Positions 29,640 to 39,639 are shown, numbered from the stretch's first letter. The stretch: 64,000 nt of DNA from Pseudomonadota bacterium (GCA_039799965.1 JBDLRS010000015.1:7497-71496); one strand, 5' to 3'. The notes: generated from the letters alone by a model not told the origin. Translations and numbers: made by a program.

Positions 29640-31546
29640 AGATAAAGGTACTTGCCGACGTAGTTATCAACCAGATAGCAGCTGGTGAGGTGGTTGAGCG
29701 TCCCGCCTCTGTGGTGCGAGAGCTCGTCGACAATGCTGTCGATGCTGGCGCTACCGATATCTTCATCGCCCTTGAGTCAGGAGGGCACAATCGGATACGT
29801 GTTCGTGACAACGGATGCGGGATGACTCGTGATGAGGCGCTCTTGGCGTTCGAGCGCCATGCGACCTCGAAAGTTACCTCAATAGAGGATCTGAACACAC
29901 TCACGACCATGGGGTTTCGCGGCGAGGCGCTCGCGTCGATCGCCGCCGTGTCCAAGATTAGGCTCACGACACGCTCCAAGGATGCGGGTATCGGCACCGT
30001 GATAACCTTTCGGGGTGGTAAGCTCGTTGATGTGCAATCGGTGGCTTGGAACGAGGGCACTGAGATGGAGGTTGAACACCTCTTCTTCAACACGCCAGCT
30101 CGACGGAAGTTTTTAAAATCCCCTCGCTCTGAGGTCTCAAGAATTCGTTCATGGGTTGCGCACTCGGCCCTCTCTCGTCCGCACGTTCGGTATCGATTGG
30201 TGTCGGATGGGGATGAGATTCTGAACCTTCCGGTCGTTGATTCGATTCAGGCGCGTGGAGCACACGTGTTCCCGGGAGATCTCACTCCGATATCCCTTCG
30301 AGAGGGTGGTGTGAGGGTGCAGGGGATGATCGGGCATCCCGGGCAGGCGCTCTCCGACGCATCGGGTTTCGTTATTCTGATCAATGGGCGCCTTGTATCT
30401 GACAAAGTTATCCTTCGCGCGGCGCGAGAGGGGTACGACTCTATGCTCAAAGATCGGGAATTTCCGATCGGCTATCTCTCCCTCACGATGCCACCTGAGT
30501 ATGTCGATGTGAACGTTCACCCTCAAAAGAGTGAGGTGCGGTTCCGTCATCCCGACCAGGTGTTTGCGGTGGTTCGCGGAGCCGTGCTCGCTGGTGTTCG
30601 ATCGATTAAGCGACCCATGATGTCGGCGTCACCGTCTGTGGTATCGGCGCAACCTGAGGATGCTCCCCCTCCGCAACGTGGATTCCCTCGCGCGGCGTTC
30701 GTTCCACCGTTCGTTCCATCGAGCGTTCCGGCGTCGAACGGGACAGATCCAGCACATCCCGCTCCGGTCTCTCGCTTTGAGTGGCCGATCCCAGCGCCGG
30801 CAGTTCAGGTTTCCGCTGTCAAACAGTCCGTCCCGATAGCGAACTCGGCGAGCGTCGCGGAGCATCTCGCTCCAAAGAGCTTTCAACCTTCGTTCTTCGT
30901 CGCGTCCGTGCCACCGGTTGCTTACGAAAGCTCCACCAAGGATGTCGCCAATAGAGATTTTAGATACCAGGATCTGCGCTATATCGGGCAGCTCCTCGGA
31001 TGTTATCTGGTATGCGAGATCGATAATCGGCTGGTGGTTGTGGATATGCACGCGGCGCATGAGCGGGTAAATTACAACAAACTTCGTGAAGCGCGAGCGA
31101 AGAGAGATCTTGTTGTGCAGAAGCTTCTTATCCCCGAGCGTGTCCGATTAACCGCTGAGCAGGTGGTATGGTTGCTTGAGCAAGAGGAGGCCCTGAGGGA
31201 GCTCGCCTTCGAGATAGCGCAGGTAGACGGTGAAACAGTTGAAGTTCATGGCGTCCCTGGAGTTCTCTCTTCTCTCGACGCCATCGGCGTTATCAAAGAT
31301 ATCGCCGCCGAGCCTGTGGTTGCGGGATGGCGCGAGCGGTTTGATGAGCGAATCGATCATGTAACGGCTCGCCTCGCGTGTCACGCGAGTGTACGGGGAG
31401 GGGATGTTATTAACCGCTGCGAGGCGTATGCGCTTCTTCAGCAGCTCGACGCCGCGGAGACCGCTGGAGCGTGCCCTCATGGACGGCCCGTTGTTGCGGA
31501 GTTCTCTCGTGACGCTGTTGAGCGGTGGTTCGGCCGGGATAGGTAA
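29636..31546 (+). CDS. mutL: DNA mismatch repair protein MutL.
   Basis: GHKL ATPase N-terminus (IAAGEVVERPASVVRELVDNAVDAGA) and a C-terminal dimerisation domain. The ATG at 29636 overlaps the htrA stop. Confidence 0.9.
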   Translation: MKIKVLADVVINQIAAGEVVERPASVVRELVDNAVDAGATDIFIALESGGHNRIRVRDNGCGMTRDEALLAFERHATSKVTSIEDLNTLTTMGFRGEALASIAAVSKIRLTTRSKDAGIGTVITFRGGKLVDVQSVAWNEGTEMEVEHLFFNTPARRKFLKSPRSEVSRIRSWVAHSALSRPHVRYRLVSDGDEILNLPVVDSIQARGAHVFPGDLTPISLREGGVRVQGMIGHPGQALSDASGFVILINGRLVSDKVILRAAREGYDSMLKDREFPIGYLSLTMPPEYVDVNVHPQKSEVRFRHPDQVFAVVRGAVLAGVRSIKRPMMSASPSVVSAQPEDAPPPQRGFPRAAFVPPFVPSSVPASNGTDPAHPAPVSRFEWPIPAPAVQVSAVKQSVPIANSASVAEHLAPKSFQPSFFVASVPPVAYESSTKDVANRDFRYQDLRYIGQLLGCYLVCEIDNRLVVVDMHAAHERVNYNKLREARAKRDLVVQKLLIPERVRLTAEQVVWLLEQEEALRELAFEIAQVDGETVEVHGVPGVLSSLDAIGVIKDIAAEPVVAGWRERFDERIDHVTARLACHASVRGGDVINRCEAYALLQQLDAAETAGACPHGRPVVAEFSRDAVERWFGRDR

Positions 31547-31548
31547 AG

Positions 31549-32592
31549 ATGACTTCGACGTCGATCCGAGCGATCGCGGTGTGTGGACCGACGGCATCAG
31601 GAAAAACAGCCCTTGGCATCGCTCTTGCCCGGCAACTGAACGGTGAGGTCGTAAACGTTGATTCGGTGCAGCTATATAGAGGGGCTGATATCGGCTCCGC
31701 TAAGCCCTCCCTTGCGGAGCGACAAGGAGTTCCTCACCATCTTCTCGACATAGTGGCTCCGCATGAGCCGGTGAACGCCGGTGAGTATCGTGCGCGCGCG
31801 CTTGCGTGTCTCAGGGATGTCTCCACCCGTGGAAGGGTTCCGGTTCTCGTTGGTGGCTCTGGTATGTATCTGACGATCCTGTTGCACGGGATCGCGGAGA
31901 TTCCGGCGACCCCATCGGAAGTGCGCGCGGCTGTCGCGAGCTTCTCCCGTGAAGAGCAGTTCGATGAATTAACACGTGTGGATCCGGTGACGGCCGCGCG
32001 ACTTCACGTCAACGATACGCAACGTGTGTCGCGCGCCCTGGAGATATTTAGAGTTTCTGGCAGGAAAGCATCAGAGTTTTTTGAGGCTCATAAGTTTGGT
32101 GATCGTGATGTCGCTGCGTTGATGATCGTGATCTGTCGAGAGCGCGACGAACTGTATGAGCGTATTACTCTTCGTTGTCGGGGCATGATAGATGCTGGAT
32201 TAATTGAGGAGACGCGCACTCTCTTGAGTGCTTATGGTCACGTCCCTGTCCTTGACACCATTGGATACAAGCAGGCTTGTGATTACCTGGAGGGAAGGAT
32301 TCCTCTTGAGCGTGTGGCAGAAGAGATATCGTTGCACACCCGTCGATTCGCAAAGCGTCAGATGACGTTCCTGCGAAATGAGCCCGCTAAACGAGGTTGG
32401 GTTGTTCGACCCACGCCTGAAGAACCGGCCCGTGAGATCGTCGGATCCTCCTCCGACTCCAAACGAGCACTCGCCCAAACCAAGGGCTTTCGGGCGATGG
32501 AGATGAGCGAAGTGGAGCTCGTTCAGCGAGTCCAGGAGCGCCTCCAGACGCCGTTGGAGCGGACGGAGGTGTGGTATGTGTTTGTTACCTAA
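31549..32592 (+). CDS. miaA: tRNA dimethylallyltransferase.
   Basis: P-loop GPTASGKT near the N-terminus. Conserved mutL-miaA synteny. Confidence 0.9.
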   Translation: MTSTSIRAIAVCGPTASGKTALGIALARQLNGEVVNVDSVQLYRGADIGSAKPSLAERQGVPHHLLDIVAPHEPVNAGEYRARALACLRDVSTRGRVPVLVGGSGMYLTILLHGIAEIPATPSEVRAAVASFSREEQFDELTRVDPVTAARLHVNDTQRVSRALEIFRVSGRKASEFFEAHKFGDRDVAALMIVICRERDELYERITLRCRGMIDAGLIEETRTLLSAYGHVPVLDTIGYKQACDYLEGRIPLERVAEEISLHTRRFAKRQMTFLRNEPAKRGWVVRPTPEEPAREIVGSSSDSKRALAQTKGFRAMEMSEVELVQRVQERLQTPLERTEVWYVFVT

Positions 32593-32856
32593 AGACTCCC
32601 TGTCACGGGTCGCACGACGGATAGGGCGACGGTCCTCGGTCGCCGGAAGGTCCCGTATCGCCATCGACCTCCGCCACACGCACTACGGCGGACCGGGACG
32701 ACCGCCCTAGCAGGTTTGCTTTTTGTAACTTGCTGTAAGTAATGGGTTTGTTTGAACTCCCCACACCCCCCTTTGACCTACCCCTCTACCTATGGAATCA
32801 TCACCCGTCATTAATCTGGATATTGGTATACGTAGTAGTTTCAAGGTGTAAGACGC

Positions 32857-33846
32857 ATGAGTCCAATTGAGCACCCCCTCGATTTTGAGCGGCCTTTGGT
32901 TGAGTTAGAGTATCAGCTTGAGCGCTTAAAAGATGAGCTGGCGAGCGGAAACGCTGCCCGTCGAGAAGAGTACGCGGCACTCGAAAGTAAGGTTTCTAAG
33001 ATCCGAAAAGATATCTACGGTAAGCTCACAGCGTACCAAAGAGTTCAGCTCTCACGACACTTTGATCGTCCATTCACCTTGGACTACATCAAGTTTATTT
33101 TTACTGATTTCATAGAGTTTCACGGTGACCGCGCCTTCCGTGATGATCCCGCTATCGTTGCTGGAACCGCTCGTTTAGGTGAGGTTCCGGTCATGGTCGT
33201 TGGTCACCAGCGTGGTCGGACCACAGCCGAGCGTTTGAAGCGCAACTTCGGAATGCCGAATCCGGAGGGCTACAGAAAGGCTCTTCGGCTCTTCCAAATG
33301 GCTGAGAAGTTCGGTTTGCCGGTCATCACCTTCATAGATACTCAGGGGGCCTTCCCAGGGCTTGAGGCTGAAGAGCGAGGCCAAGCTGAGGCTATCGCGC
33401 GAAATCTTTTAGAGCTGTCAGAGCTTACGGTGCCCGTTATCAGCGTCGTTATCGGTGAAGGTGGAAGTGGTGGTGCGCTTGCGCTCGGTGTGGCCGACCG
33501 CATCCTCATGATGGAGAACGCGTGCTACTCAGTTATTACCCCTGAAGGCTGTGCTTCTATCTTGTGGCACTCGGCTGAGACTGCGGCGGTGTCGCCAGAG
33601 CAGGCCGCCATGGCGGCCGAGGCTCTCAACCTGACCGCCAAGGATCTCAAACGTCTCAACTTGATTGACGATATCGTCGCTGAGCCAGCGGGTGGCGCCC
33701 ATAGCAACCACAAAGAGGCCGCTGAGATCCTGCGAGCGGCGCTCGTGAAGACCCTTGAGCCCCTCGCAAAACTTAAGGTGAAGGAATTGACGGCGCAGCG
33801 ATACGAGAAGTTCCGCCGCATCGGAGCGTTCCACGGAGATAACTAA
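32857..33846 (+). CDS. accA: Acetyl-CoA carboxylase carboxyltransferase alpha subunit.
   Basis: Crotonase-fold carboxyltransferase motifs (GGSGGALA, FIDTQGAFPG). Confidence 0.9.
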   Translation: MSPIEHPLDFERPLVELEYQLERLKDELASGNAARREEYAALESKVSKIRKDIYGKLTAYQRVQLSRHFDRPFTLDYIKFIFTDFIEFHGDRAFRDDPAIVAGTARLGEVPVMVVGHQRGRTTAERLKRNFGMPNPEGYRKALRLFQMAEKFGLPVITFIDTQGAFPGLEAEERGQAEAIARNLLELSELTVPVISVVIGEGGSGGALALGVADRILMMENACYSVITPEGCASILWHSAETAAVSPEQAAMAAEALNLTAKDLKRLNLIDDIVAEPAGGAHSNHKEAAEILRAALVKTLEPLAKLKVKELTAQRYEKFRRIGAFHGDN

Positions 33847-33966
33847 AGAGGGGGGCCTTACCGCCTGCTCACCCATCGTGTTGCATAAGGGGGGTGTGAA
33901 GGGTACTCTCACCCCACTGTATAACGGTGGCAAAAACGTAAACGGAAGAACTGGAAAGAAGAAAAG

Positions 33967-34221
33967 ATGTCAAAGGACGCGATTGAGCTTAACGGAGTAG
34001 TAAAGGAGTGCTTCCCGAACGCATTCCGTGTGCAATGTGATAACGGCCATGAGGTGCTCGCTCATCTCGCCGGAAAGATGCGAAAGTTCTATATCCGCGT
34101 GCTTCCTGGTGACAAAGTTGTTGTGGAGATCTCTCCGTATGACCTGTCAAAAGGTCGCATCGTTCGACGTCTCGTTGAGGGGCGTGGTGGTCCAAAGCCG
34201 GGTGAACCAACCCCATCGTAA
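33967..34221 (+). CDS. infA: Translation initiation factor IF-1, with a short Gly/Pro-rich C-terminal extension.
   Basis: S1-like OB fold: [40 protein letters not shown]. Confidence 0.85.
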   Translation: MSKDAIELNGVVKECFPNAFRVQCDNGHEVLAHLAGKMRKFYIRVLPGDKVVVEISPYDLSKGRIVRRLVEGRGGPKPGEPTPS

Positions 34222-34233
34222 GAGATAGCTCTT

Positions 34234-34716
34234 ATGAAAAAGTACCTACCGATCCTTGGCCTTTCGCTCGCCCTCCATGGCTGTGGCGGGGGCGATTCCC
34301 CCGATTTCGCTGGGGTCTGGAACGGTTCATTTAACACCTCCTCCCTTCAGAACGGTTGTCCCTTCGGGTTGCGTTCAGACATTAATCCACTCTTCCCCAT
34401 GACGGTATCGGTTCACAACGGACGCTACACGGTTGAGAATGTGGCGGGTCAGATCGCCACTGGTGGGCAGGGACAGGGGGAGGATATCAGCTTCCTTGCA
34501 CAGGCTTCGGTCTTCGGTTCCTACGGTTCTATCGCTCCGTATACCTGTGGGAGCGTTCTGGCTGAGGTTGGGTTCCTTACCGCTGGCGGTACGCAGGCCC
34601 AGGTGACTATGACGTATCAGTTCACGCAATGTACAGCTCCGGGCACGGACAATGACTCGGATAATCCGGTGTCTTGTGGAGCGGTGTACTATGGAGACGC
34701 TGTAAAAGTTCAGTAG
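34234..34716 (+). CDS. Hypothetical Cys-containing secreted lipoprotein.
   Basis: Lipobox LALHGC, six Cys, no recognised domain. Confidence 0.45.
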   Translation: MKKYLPILGLSLALHGCGGGDSPDFAGVWNGSFNTSSLQNGCPFGLRSDINPLFPMTVSVHNGRYTVENVAGQIATGGQGQGEDISFLAQASVFGSYGSIAPYTCGSVLAEVGFLTAGGTQAQVTMTYQFTQCTAPGTDNDSDNPVSCGAVYYGDAVKVQ

Positions 34717-35063
34717 GTAGAAAGCTCAGGAGGTAATCGAGCCTCTAGCAGGATCTCTATCTCGGGCGGCGCTATCGGGGCTTGTTTGGACCGCCGCTCG
34801 AGGTCGCTGCTTCACGGAGCTAGCAAAATTGTTCGCCCTCAAAATACCGCCAGGCCGAGGCGAAGTTTCCTGAACCATCGGTACGATATCAGTATTACTG
34901 CACTGATCTCCCGCGGCTACGAGTACGGTGGTATCTGACTTCAGCACAGGGGGCAGTCCAACTGTAAAAACAAGAGTACTAATTTTTCCATCCTGCATGC
35001 CGGTGGAAACTTAGTAGGGGGGCGGTCGCCAGGAGTACAAGATTCCCAAAGGCGCTTGCGCTA

Positions 35064-35396
35064 CTACCGTTCTCCTAGCTCAAAGAGAAGGGAGAAGGGG
35101 TATATCCCAGAGTCGTGCCCATCTCCCCACCTCATGCCGAGCGCGTACTGGCCAACAGACCAGATCTCCTTGAGATCGAGCTGCTCGTCAATCGTGTTTT
35201 GAATTACCGTGAGCCCCCGCCTCTTCGTGGTGAGGGGTTTCGAGTGGGAGGTGTCTCCTCGTTGCTCCTTGCAACGTGCGCACGGGCATTCACGACGTAG
35301 GGTTTCCGTGGAGAGGTGTGTTGTCGTTCCGTCGCGCCATGCGATGGTAATTCCGTTGCGCGCGTCGCGTTTGATCTCAGTGGGGATGTAGTTCAT
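35064..35396 (-). CDS. DUF971-family protein (gamma-butyrobetaine hydroxylase-like N-terminal domain).
   Basis: Has the CPCARC motif plus the C-terminal GQYALGMRWGDGHDSGIYPF signature of DUF971. Confidence 0.7.
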   Translation of the reverse strand: MNYIPTEIKRDARNGITIAWRDGTTTHLSTETLRRECPCARCKEQRGDTSHSKPLTTKRRGLTVIQNTIDEQLDLKEIWSVGQYALGMRWGDGHDSGIYPFSLLFELGER

Positions 35397-35403
35397 AGAG
35401 ACT

Positions 35404-35614
35404 TATTAACCTACATTCGGCAGTTGCAGGCCTGAAAACGGCGCATCTGGGAAAAATCGCGGCGGCCTTTGAATTTTCGGTAACCTCGGCGTGAGCTCGG
35501 TCAAACGCTCACCCTGACGGTGCCAGAGTTGCGCATCTCGAAAAGTTCAAAATCCTTGGTGCTTTTAGCAACCCGCATCATTATCGCTCTCCGTAACTGC
35601 CGAATTTAGGATAA
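35404..35614. repeat. MITE-like repeat, copy C, with 20-bp terminal inverted repeats TTATTAACCTACATTCGGCAGTT / AACTGCCGAATTTAGGATAAAA.
   Basis: TIRs read directly. The core shares GGCGCATCTG...TTTGAATTTTCGGT...CACCCTGACGG...AAAAGTTCAAAA with copies A, B and D. Confidence 0.6.
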
Positions 35615-35728
35615 AAAACTGTTGTCTGAAAGCGGTGAGCATATATGATACCACTTTCAAAGTTTCGTTCTACCTCTTGGAGGTAACGGACTAAGGTACT
35701 AATACGATTTTTAGGATAAGGATACAGT

Positions 35729-35890
35729 ATGGGAAGAGGAGATGGTCGTTCTCGTCGAGGAAAGATCTTCAAGGGTTCATACGGCAATACCCGCAAGCAC
35801 AAGGTGAAGTCAGCGGTCCCAACAGGTAAGACGGCTGCTAGAAAGGTGACCGGAGTCAAGAAGGCTCCAGCTACCAAGAAAGCGAAGTAG
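35729..35890 (+). CDS. Small basic ribosomal protein bTHX (Thx)-like, 53 aa.
   Basis: MGRGDGRSRRGKIFKGSYGNTRKHK resembles Thermus Thx ([24 protein letters not shown]). An AGGA RBS sits 7 nt upstream. It is not in the ORF track because it is under 60 aa. Confidence 0.55.
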   Translation: MGRGDGRSRRGKIFKGSYGNTRKHKVKSAVPTGKTAARKVTGVKKAPATKKAK

Positions 35891-35965
35891 TCCTCGGTCG
35901 GCTCTGCAGTCTGCCGAGTGCTATGTAGTTTAGGGCTACCTACGTAGTTTAGGGCTACATTGAGG

Positions 35966-36170
35966 ATTAAACCAACATTCAGCAGCCGCGGGCGCCAAAA
36001 CGACGCATCTGGCAAAAATCACGATGGCTTTTGAATTTTCGGTGGCTTCAGCGTGAGCTCAGTCGAACGCACCCTGACAGTGCCAGGGTAGCACCTTTTC
36101 AAAATTCAAAAGCCGAAGTTATTTTGACCAGATGCGCCATTCTTGGGCCCGCAACTGCTCTTTTTAGGTT
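35966..36170. repeat. MITE-like repeat, copy D. It is nearly palindromic, with long imperfect arms.
   Basis: The left arm TTCAGCAGCCGCGGGCGCCAAAACGACGCATCTGGCAAAAATC pairs with the right arm GATTTTGACCAGATGCGCCATTCTTGGGCCCGCAACTGCTC. The core is shared with copy C, including the CGGCGTGAGCTCGGTCAAACG insert. Confidence 0.6.
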
Positions 36171-36172
36171 CA

Positions 36173-36793
36173 TCATTCTGCTAGAATCTCAGCTCTGTGG
36201 TCCGCATAGAACTTGAAAAGCTTCGTTTCAACATCACGAGCCGCATGTCGGCTGTACTTTTTTGAGATGCGAGCCGCTTTCGGATTCATGGGGCCTTGAT
36301 CGGGGTGAGCGAGCTGCGCGGTGGTTGGGCTCTCTTGGATCACTTTCCACGTCTCTTCAATGATTCGCGCTGGATCGGTTGAGCCGATCTGGGAGAGCGC
36401 TGACACTACCGTAGATACGTTGTTGGTTTTGGCGAACTCGAGTGTGCGGTAGAGTCCAAAAGAGCGTGCCCGTTCGTTGGTCTCGTACACAGCCAGGAAG
36501 GTGGTTTTTATTGGTGACAGAGGTGAGGATATCATCGACTGCTCGATGTTGATTAAACGCTCTCGAGTTCCTCCGAGCGCCTCGTAGGCCTGATAGAGTT
36601 GCGCCTTTCGATCTTTGTCCGCCAGTTTAATTTTGTATCCGGCCACACTCGCGGTGACGCCTGAGGCGAGCAGAAGGCCGATCATAAACACAACCGCCAC
36701 CCAGTTCTCCCGGAGCGGGGCTTTCTGGCCGAGGTAGGTAGTGTTGGGTTCTGAGGACGTAGTGTTTACCATAGAGATATCTCGATTGGGCAT
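36173..36793 (-). CDS. Hypothetical single-pass membrane protein.
   Basis: 206 aa with an N-terminal TM WVAVVFMIGLLLASGVTASVAGY. Translationally coupled (ATGA) to the upstream 82-aa ORF. Confidence 0.4.
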   Translation of the reverse strand: MPNRDISMVNTTSSEPNTTYLGQKAPLRENWVAVVFMIGLLLASGVTASVAGYKIKLADKDRKAQLYQAYEALGGTRERLINIEQSMISSPLSPIKTTFLAVYETNERARSFGLYRTLEFAKTNNVSTVVSALSQIGSTDPARIIEETWKVIQESPTTAQLAHPDQGPMNPKAARISKKYSRHAARDVETKLFKFYADHRAEILAE

Positions 36794-37041
36794 TAGGGCG
36801 CCATCGTACGAAGACGCGCTGAGCCGGACAGAGCGTCGAGCTGTCGTTCAAGTGTCGCCACGCGCAGTACGTCCTCTGGCGATCCGCCCTGGGCTCTCCA
36901 ACATACGGCGAGGGCCGCTCGGTAATTTTCAAGGGTCGCTAGGATCGACGACTTCGTGAGAGGGTCGACGTGTTCGGTAGTTACGTAGTGTAGAACATCT
37001 CTGTAGCGCTTCTGTTTCGCCGCAAGCCGTGGTAACTCCAT
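36793..37041 (-). CDS. Hypothetical small helical protein, first gene of a two-gene minus-strand operon.
   Basis: 82-aa ORF whose stop overlaps the start of 36173..36793. Confidence 0.3.
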   Translation of the reverse strand: MELPRLAAKQKRYRDVLHYVTTEHVDPLTKSSILATLENYRAALAVCWRAQGGSPEDVLRVATLERQLDALSGSARLRTMAP

Positions 37042-37137
37042 GCCGGTAATCCTTGAAATGTTTGACCTCGAGGATGATAGTCAATTCGCTGGGTTGGGGA
37101 AACCCCGATGTGATGTGCCGGAGCGGTGAGGAGCGTT

Positions 37138-37671
37138 ATGGCTTTGAAAACAGAGAAACGAGCGAAAGGGAGGGATTTTGCCGCGGTTTTCCCCGGTTCG
37201 TTTGACCCGTTCACCAACGGGCACGCCGATATCGTCGAGCGCTCCCTTGAGATCTTCGACCGGATCATTATCGGAGTTTTGCACAATCCCTCGAAGAACC
37301 TCCTCTTTTCTCAGGACGAGCGGGTTGCTCTGATATCAAAGCAGTTCGCCCGGTATGATGGGCGGGTGTCGGTGGTTAGCTTCTCTGGTCTCTTGGTTGA
37401 GTTCGTTGAGAGTACCAAGAGCAGGGTGGTCATTCGTGGTCTCCGTGCTGTGTCGGACTACGACTACGAGGCGCAGATGGCGTTGGTTAATCGTCGGCTC
37501 TCGCCTCAGATTGAAACACTCTTCCTCACCGCTCGAGAGGAGCACTCCTATATCAGCTCCACGGTAGTGAAGCAGGTGGCCCTCCTTGGCGGGGATGTTG
37601 CGGATATGGTTCCTCCAGTCATAGCTGCGGCCCTTAAGCGAAAATATCGGGCCAGCCCTAGGACCCGCTAA
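37138..37671 (+). CDS. coaD: Phosphopantetheine adenylyltransferase.
   Basis: AVFPGSFDPFTNGHADIV is the nucleotidyltransferase motif. ATG 37138 has a GGTGAGGAG RBS. Confidence 0.85.
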   Translation: MALKTEKRAKGRDFAAVFPGSFDPFTNGHADIVERSLEIFDRIIIGVLHNPSKNLLFSQDERVALISKQFARYDGRVSVVSFSGLLVEFVESTKSRVVIRGLRAVSDYDYEAQMALVNRRLSPQIETLFLTAREEHSYISSTVVKQVALLGGDVADMVPPVIAAALKRKYRASPRTR

Positions 37672-37675
37672 GGCT

Positions 37676-37787
37676 CTAGCAGGGTGGTGAAAAATGATTC
37701 CCTGTTGCGCATTTCGATAGTTTGACTGCAACTTCGTTGGGGGCGCTACTGAACCCTCTTGTACCACCCTGCTAAACATTGTGGGGG
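37676..37787. repeat. Short palindromic repeat element with 12-bp TIRs TAGCAGGGTGGT / ACCACCCTGCTA. It is related to the right end of repeat copy B.
   Basis: TIRs read directly. The first 40 bp are the reverse complement of 25711..25755. Located immediately after the coaD stop. Confidence 0.45.
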
Positions 37788-38107
37788 TCTTGGCGATACC
37801 GGCTATCTTTTAAAGCATAGTTAAATTACATTGTTAGGATAGTCGACGCGCACACCCTAGGTACCTTGAGTTGGACCCAAGAGCCGTTTATAGTACCGGG
37901 GCACGGAGTCGAGGGTGATAACCCTTGAGTCCCGTTACGTAATCAGCCAAGGCTTGCTCCTACGTGAGCTTCAGCTTGGCAGGGTGTGATGTACGCATCC
38001 TGGCTTCGTCTCGAAAAAGGCGCCTACCCCTCTGGGTATTCAAAGGTGACAGGAGAGTATCTCCACGAGGAAGCAGATACATTTGAACTAAAGGACAGAT
38101 AATCATT

Positions 38108-38521
38108 ATGACAAAGCAGCGTACCCTCTCCATCATCAAGCCTGACGCGACATCTCGTAATCTCGTTGGCAAGATCCTCGCGCATTTCGAAGACGCTGGT
38201 CTTACGATCGTAGCGGCTAAGATGGTAACCCTTACTCCGGAGCAGGCTGGTGAGTTCTATGCTATTCACAGAGAGCGTCCGTTCTTCGGTGAGCTCGTTG
38301 ATTACATGTGCTCGGGCCGCGTGCTCGTGTCGGTTCTTGAGGGTGATGACGCTGTGAACCTCAACCGCAAGCTCATGGGCGCAACCGATCCTAAGAAGGC
38401 TGACCCAGGAACTATTCGTAACCTCTACGCGGAGAGCATCGCGGCTAACGCTGTGCACGGCTCCGATAGCCCAGAGAACGCGGTAACTGAGATCAAGCTC
38501 TTCTTCCCGGAGCTTCACTAG
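38108..38521 (+). CDS. ndk: Nucleoside diphosphate kinase.
   Basis: Canonical NDK sequence including the NAVHGSDS active-site His region. Confidence 0.95.
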   Translation: MTKQRTLSIIKPDATSRNLVGKILAHFEDAGLTIVAAKMVTLTPEQAGEFYAIHRERPFFGELVDYMCSGRVLVSVLEGDDAVNLNRKLMGATDPKKADPGTIRNLYAESIAANAVHGSDSPENAVTEIKLFFPELH

Positions 38522-38547
38522 CCGATTTCTTTTAACGAGGTGGTGTT

Positions 38548-39630
38548 GTGACATCGGCCAGCAAGGATTTCTTTAACTACAGCTACTCCGAACTGGTTGA
38601 ACTTCTGGATAAGGAGTACGGCGCTACCCGGTTTCGCGCTACTCAGCTTTTCGAGTGGGTGTATCGGCGTGGGATCATCGATGTTGAGCAGATGACCAAC
38701 ATCAGCCGCGTGCTTCGCGATAGGCTGGCGCAAGATTTTTTCTTCCCTACCGCTCGTATTCACGATCGTCAGATTAGCTCCGACGGAACGAGGAAATACC
38801 TCTTTGAAGTGGAAGGGGGGGATCTCGTTGAGTCAGTAATGATAAAGCAGCCGAATCGGATGACCCTGTGTGTCTCCTCCCAGGTCGGGTGCGCGATGGG
38901 ATGTCGTTTCTGCCGAACGGGGACGATGGGGCTGAAGCGCAGCCTCTCCACCTCTGAGATCATCCGCCAGGTGCGTGGTGTGATCGAGGACGCCAAGGAT
39001 TTTGGTGATAGTTTCTCTAATATCGTGTTTATGGGAATGGGTGAGCCGCTTCACAACTTCGATGGAGTGACGAGAGCTGTAAAACTCCTGACCGATCCCA
39101 CCGGGTTCGGAATGTCCCCTCGTAAAGTAACGGTGTCCACGGTCGGCCTGGTTCCAGCTATCCGAAAGCTCGCCGCGAGCGATGTGAACGTGAGTCTTGC
39201 GGTATCGCTTAACGCGACGACCGATGAGATTCGCTCTCAGGTGATGCCGATTAACGATCGGTTTCCGATTAGTGAGCTTCTCGACGCAATCAAGGCGTTC
39301 CCGGTTGGTCCTCGTAAAAAGGTAACTATCGAGTACGTGATGTTGGGCGGTCTCAACGACACTGAGGACGATATGAAGCGTCTCGCGAAGATGATGCGGG
39401 GTCTCCCTGTGAAGATAAACCTCATTCCCTACAACGACAACGCCGGTCTCGGATTTAACACTCCTCCAAAGGAGTGGGTTCACCACTGGCAGCGGTATAT
39501 GAACACGCAGGGGCATCAGGCCTTTATCCGTTGGTCGAAGGGACAGGATATCGCAGCGGCGTGTGGGCAGTTAGCCACCACGTCAAAGAAGCAGCCACGA
39601 CTTCCAGTGCTCGAACAGGAAGCAGCCTAA
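38548..39630 (+). CDS. rlmN: 23S rRNA (A2503-C2) / tRNA m2A37 methyltransferase RlmN (radical SAM).
   Basis: CAMGCRFC radical-SAM cluster motif, conserved RlmN N-terminus. GTG start. Confidence 0.9.
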   Translation: MTSASKDFFNYSYSELVELLDKEYGATRFRATQLFEWVYRRGIIDVEQMTNISRVLRDRLAQDFFFPTARIHDRQISSDGTRKYLFEVEGGDLVESVMIKQPNRMTLCVSSQVGCAMGCRFCRTGTMGLKRSLSTSEIIRQVRGVIEDAKDFGDSFSNIVFMGMGEPLHNFDGVTRAVKLLTDPTGFGMSPRKVTVSTVGLVPAIRKLAASDVNVSLAVSLNATTDEIRSQVMPINDRFPISELLDAIKAFPVGPRKKVTIEYVMLGGLNDTEDDMKRLAKMMRGLPVKINLIPYNDNAGLGFNTPPKEWVHHWQRYMNTQGHQAFIRWSKGQDIAAACGQLATTSKKQPRLPVLEQEAA

Positions 39631-39639
39631 AAGGGTTCA

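Noticed and set aside
34717-35063. A 350-bp ORF-poor spacer considered as a possible structured RNA (tmRNA, RNase P, SRP or 6S).
   Set aside because: None of the hallmark conserved boxes were found by eye. Left unassigned.
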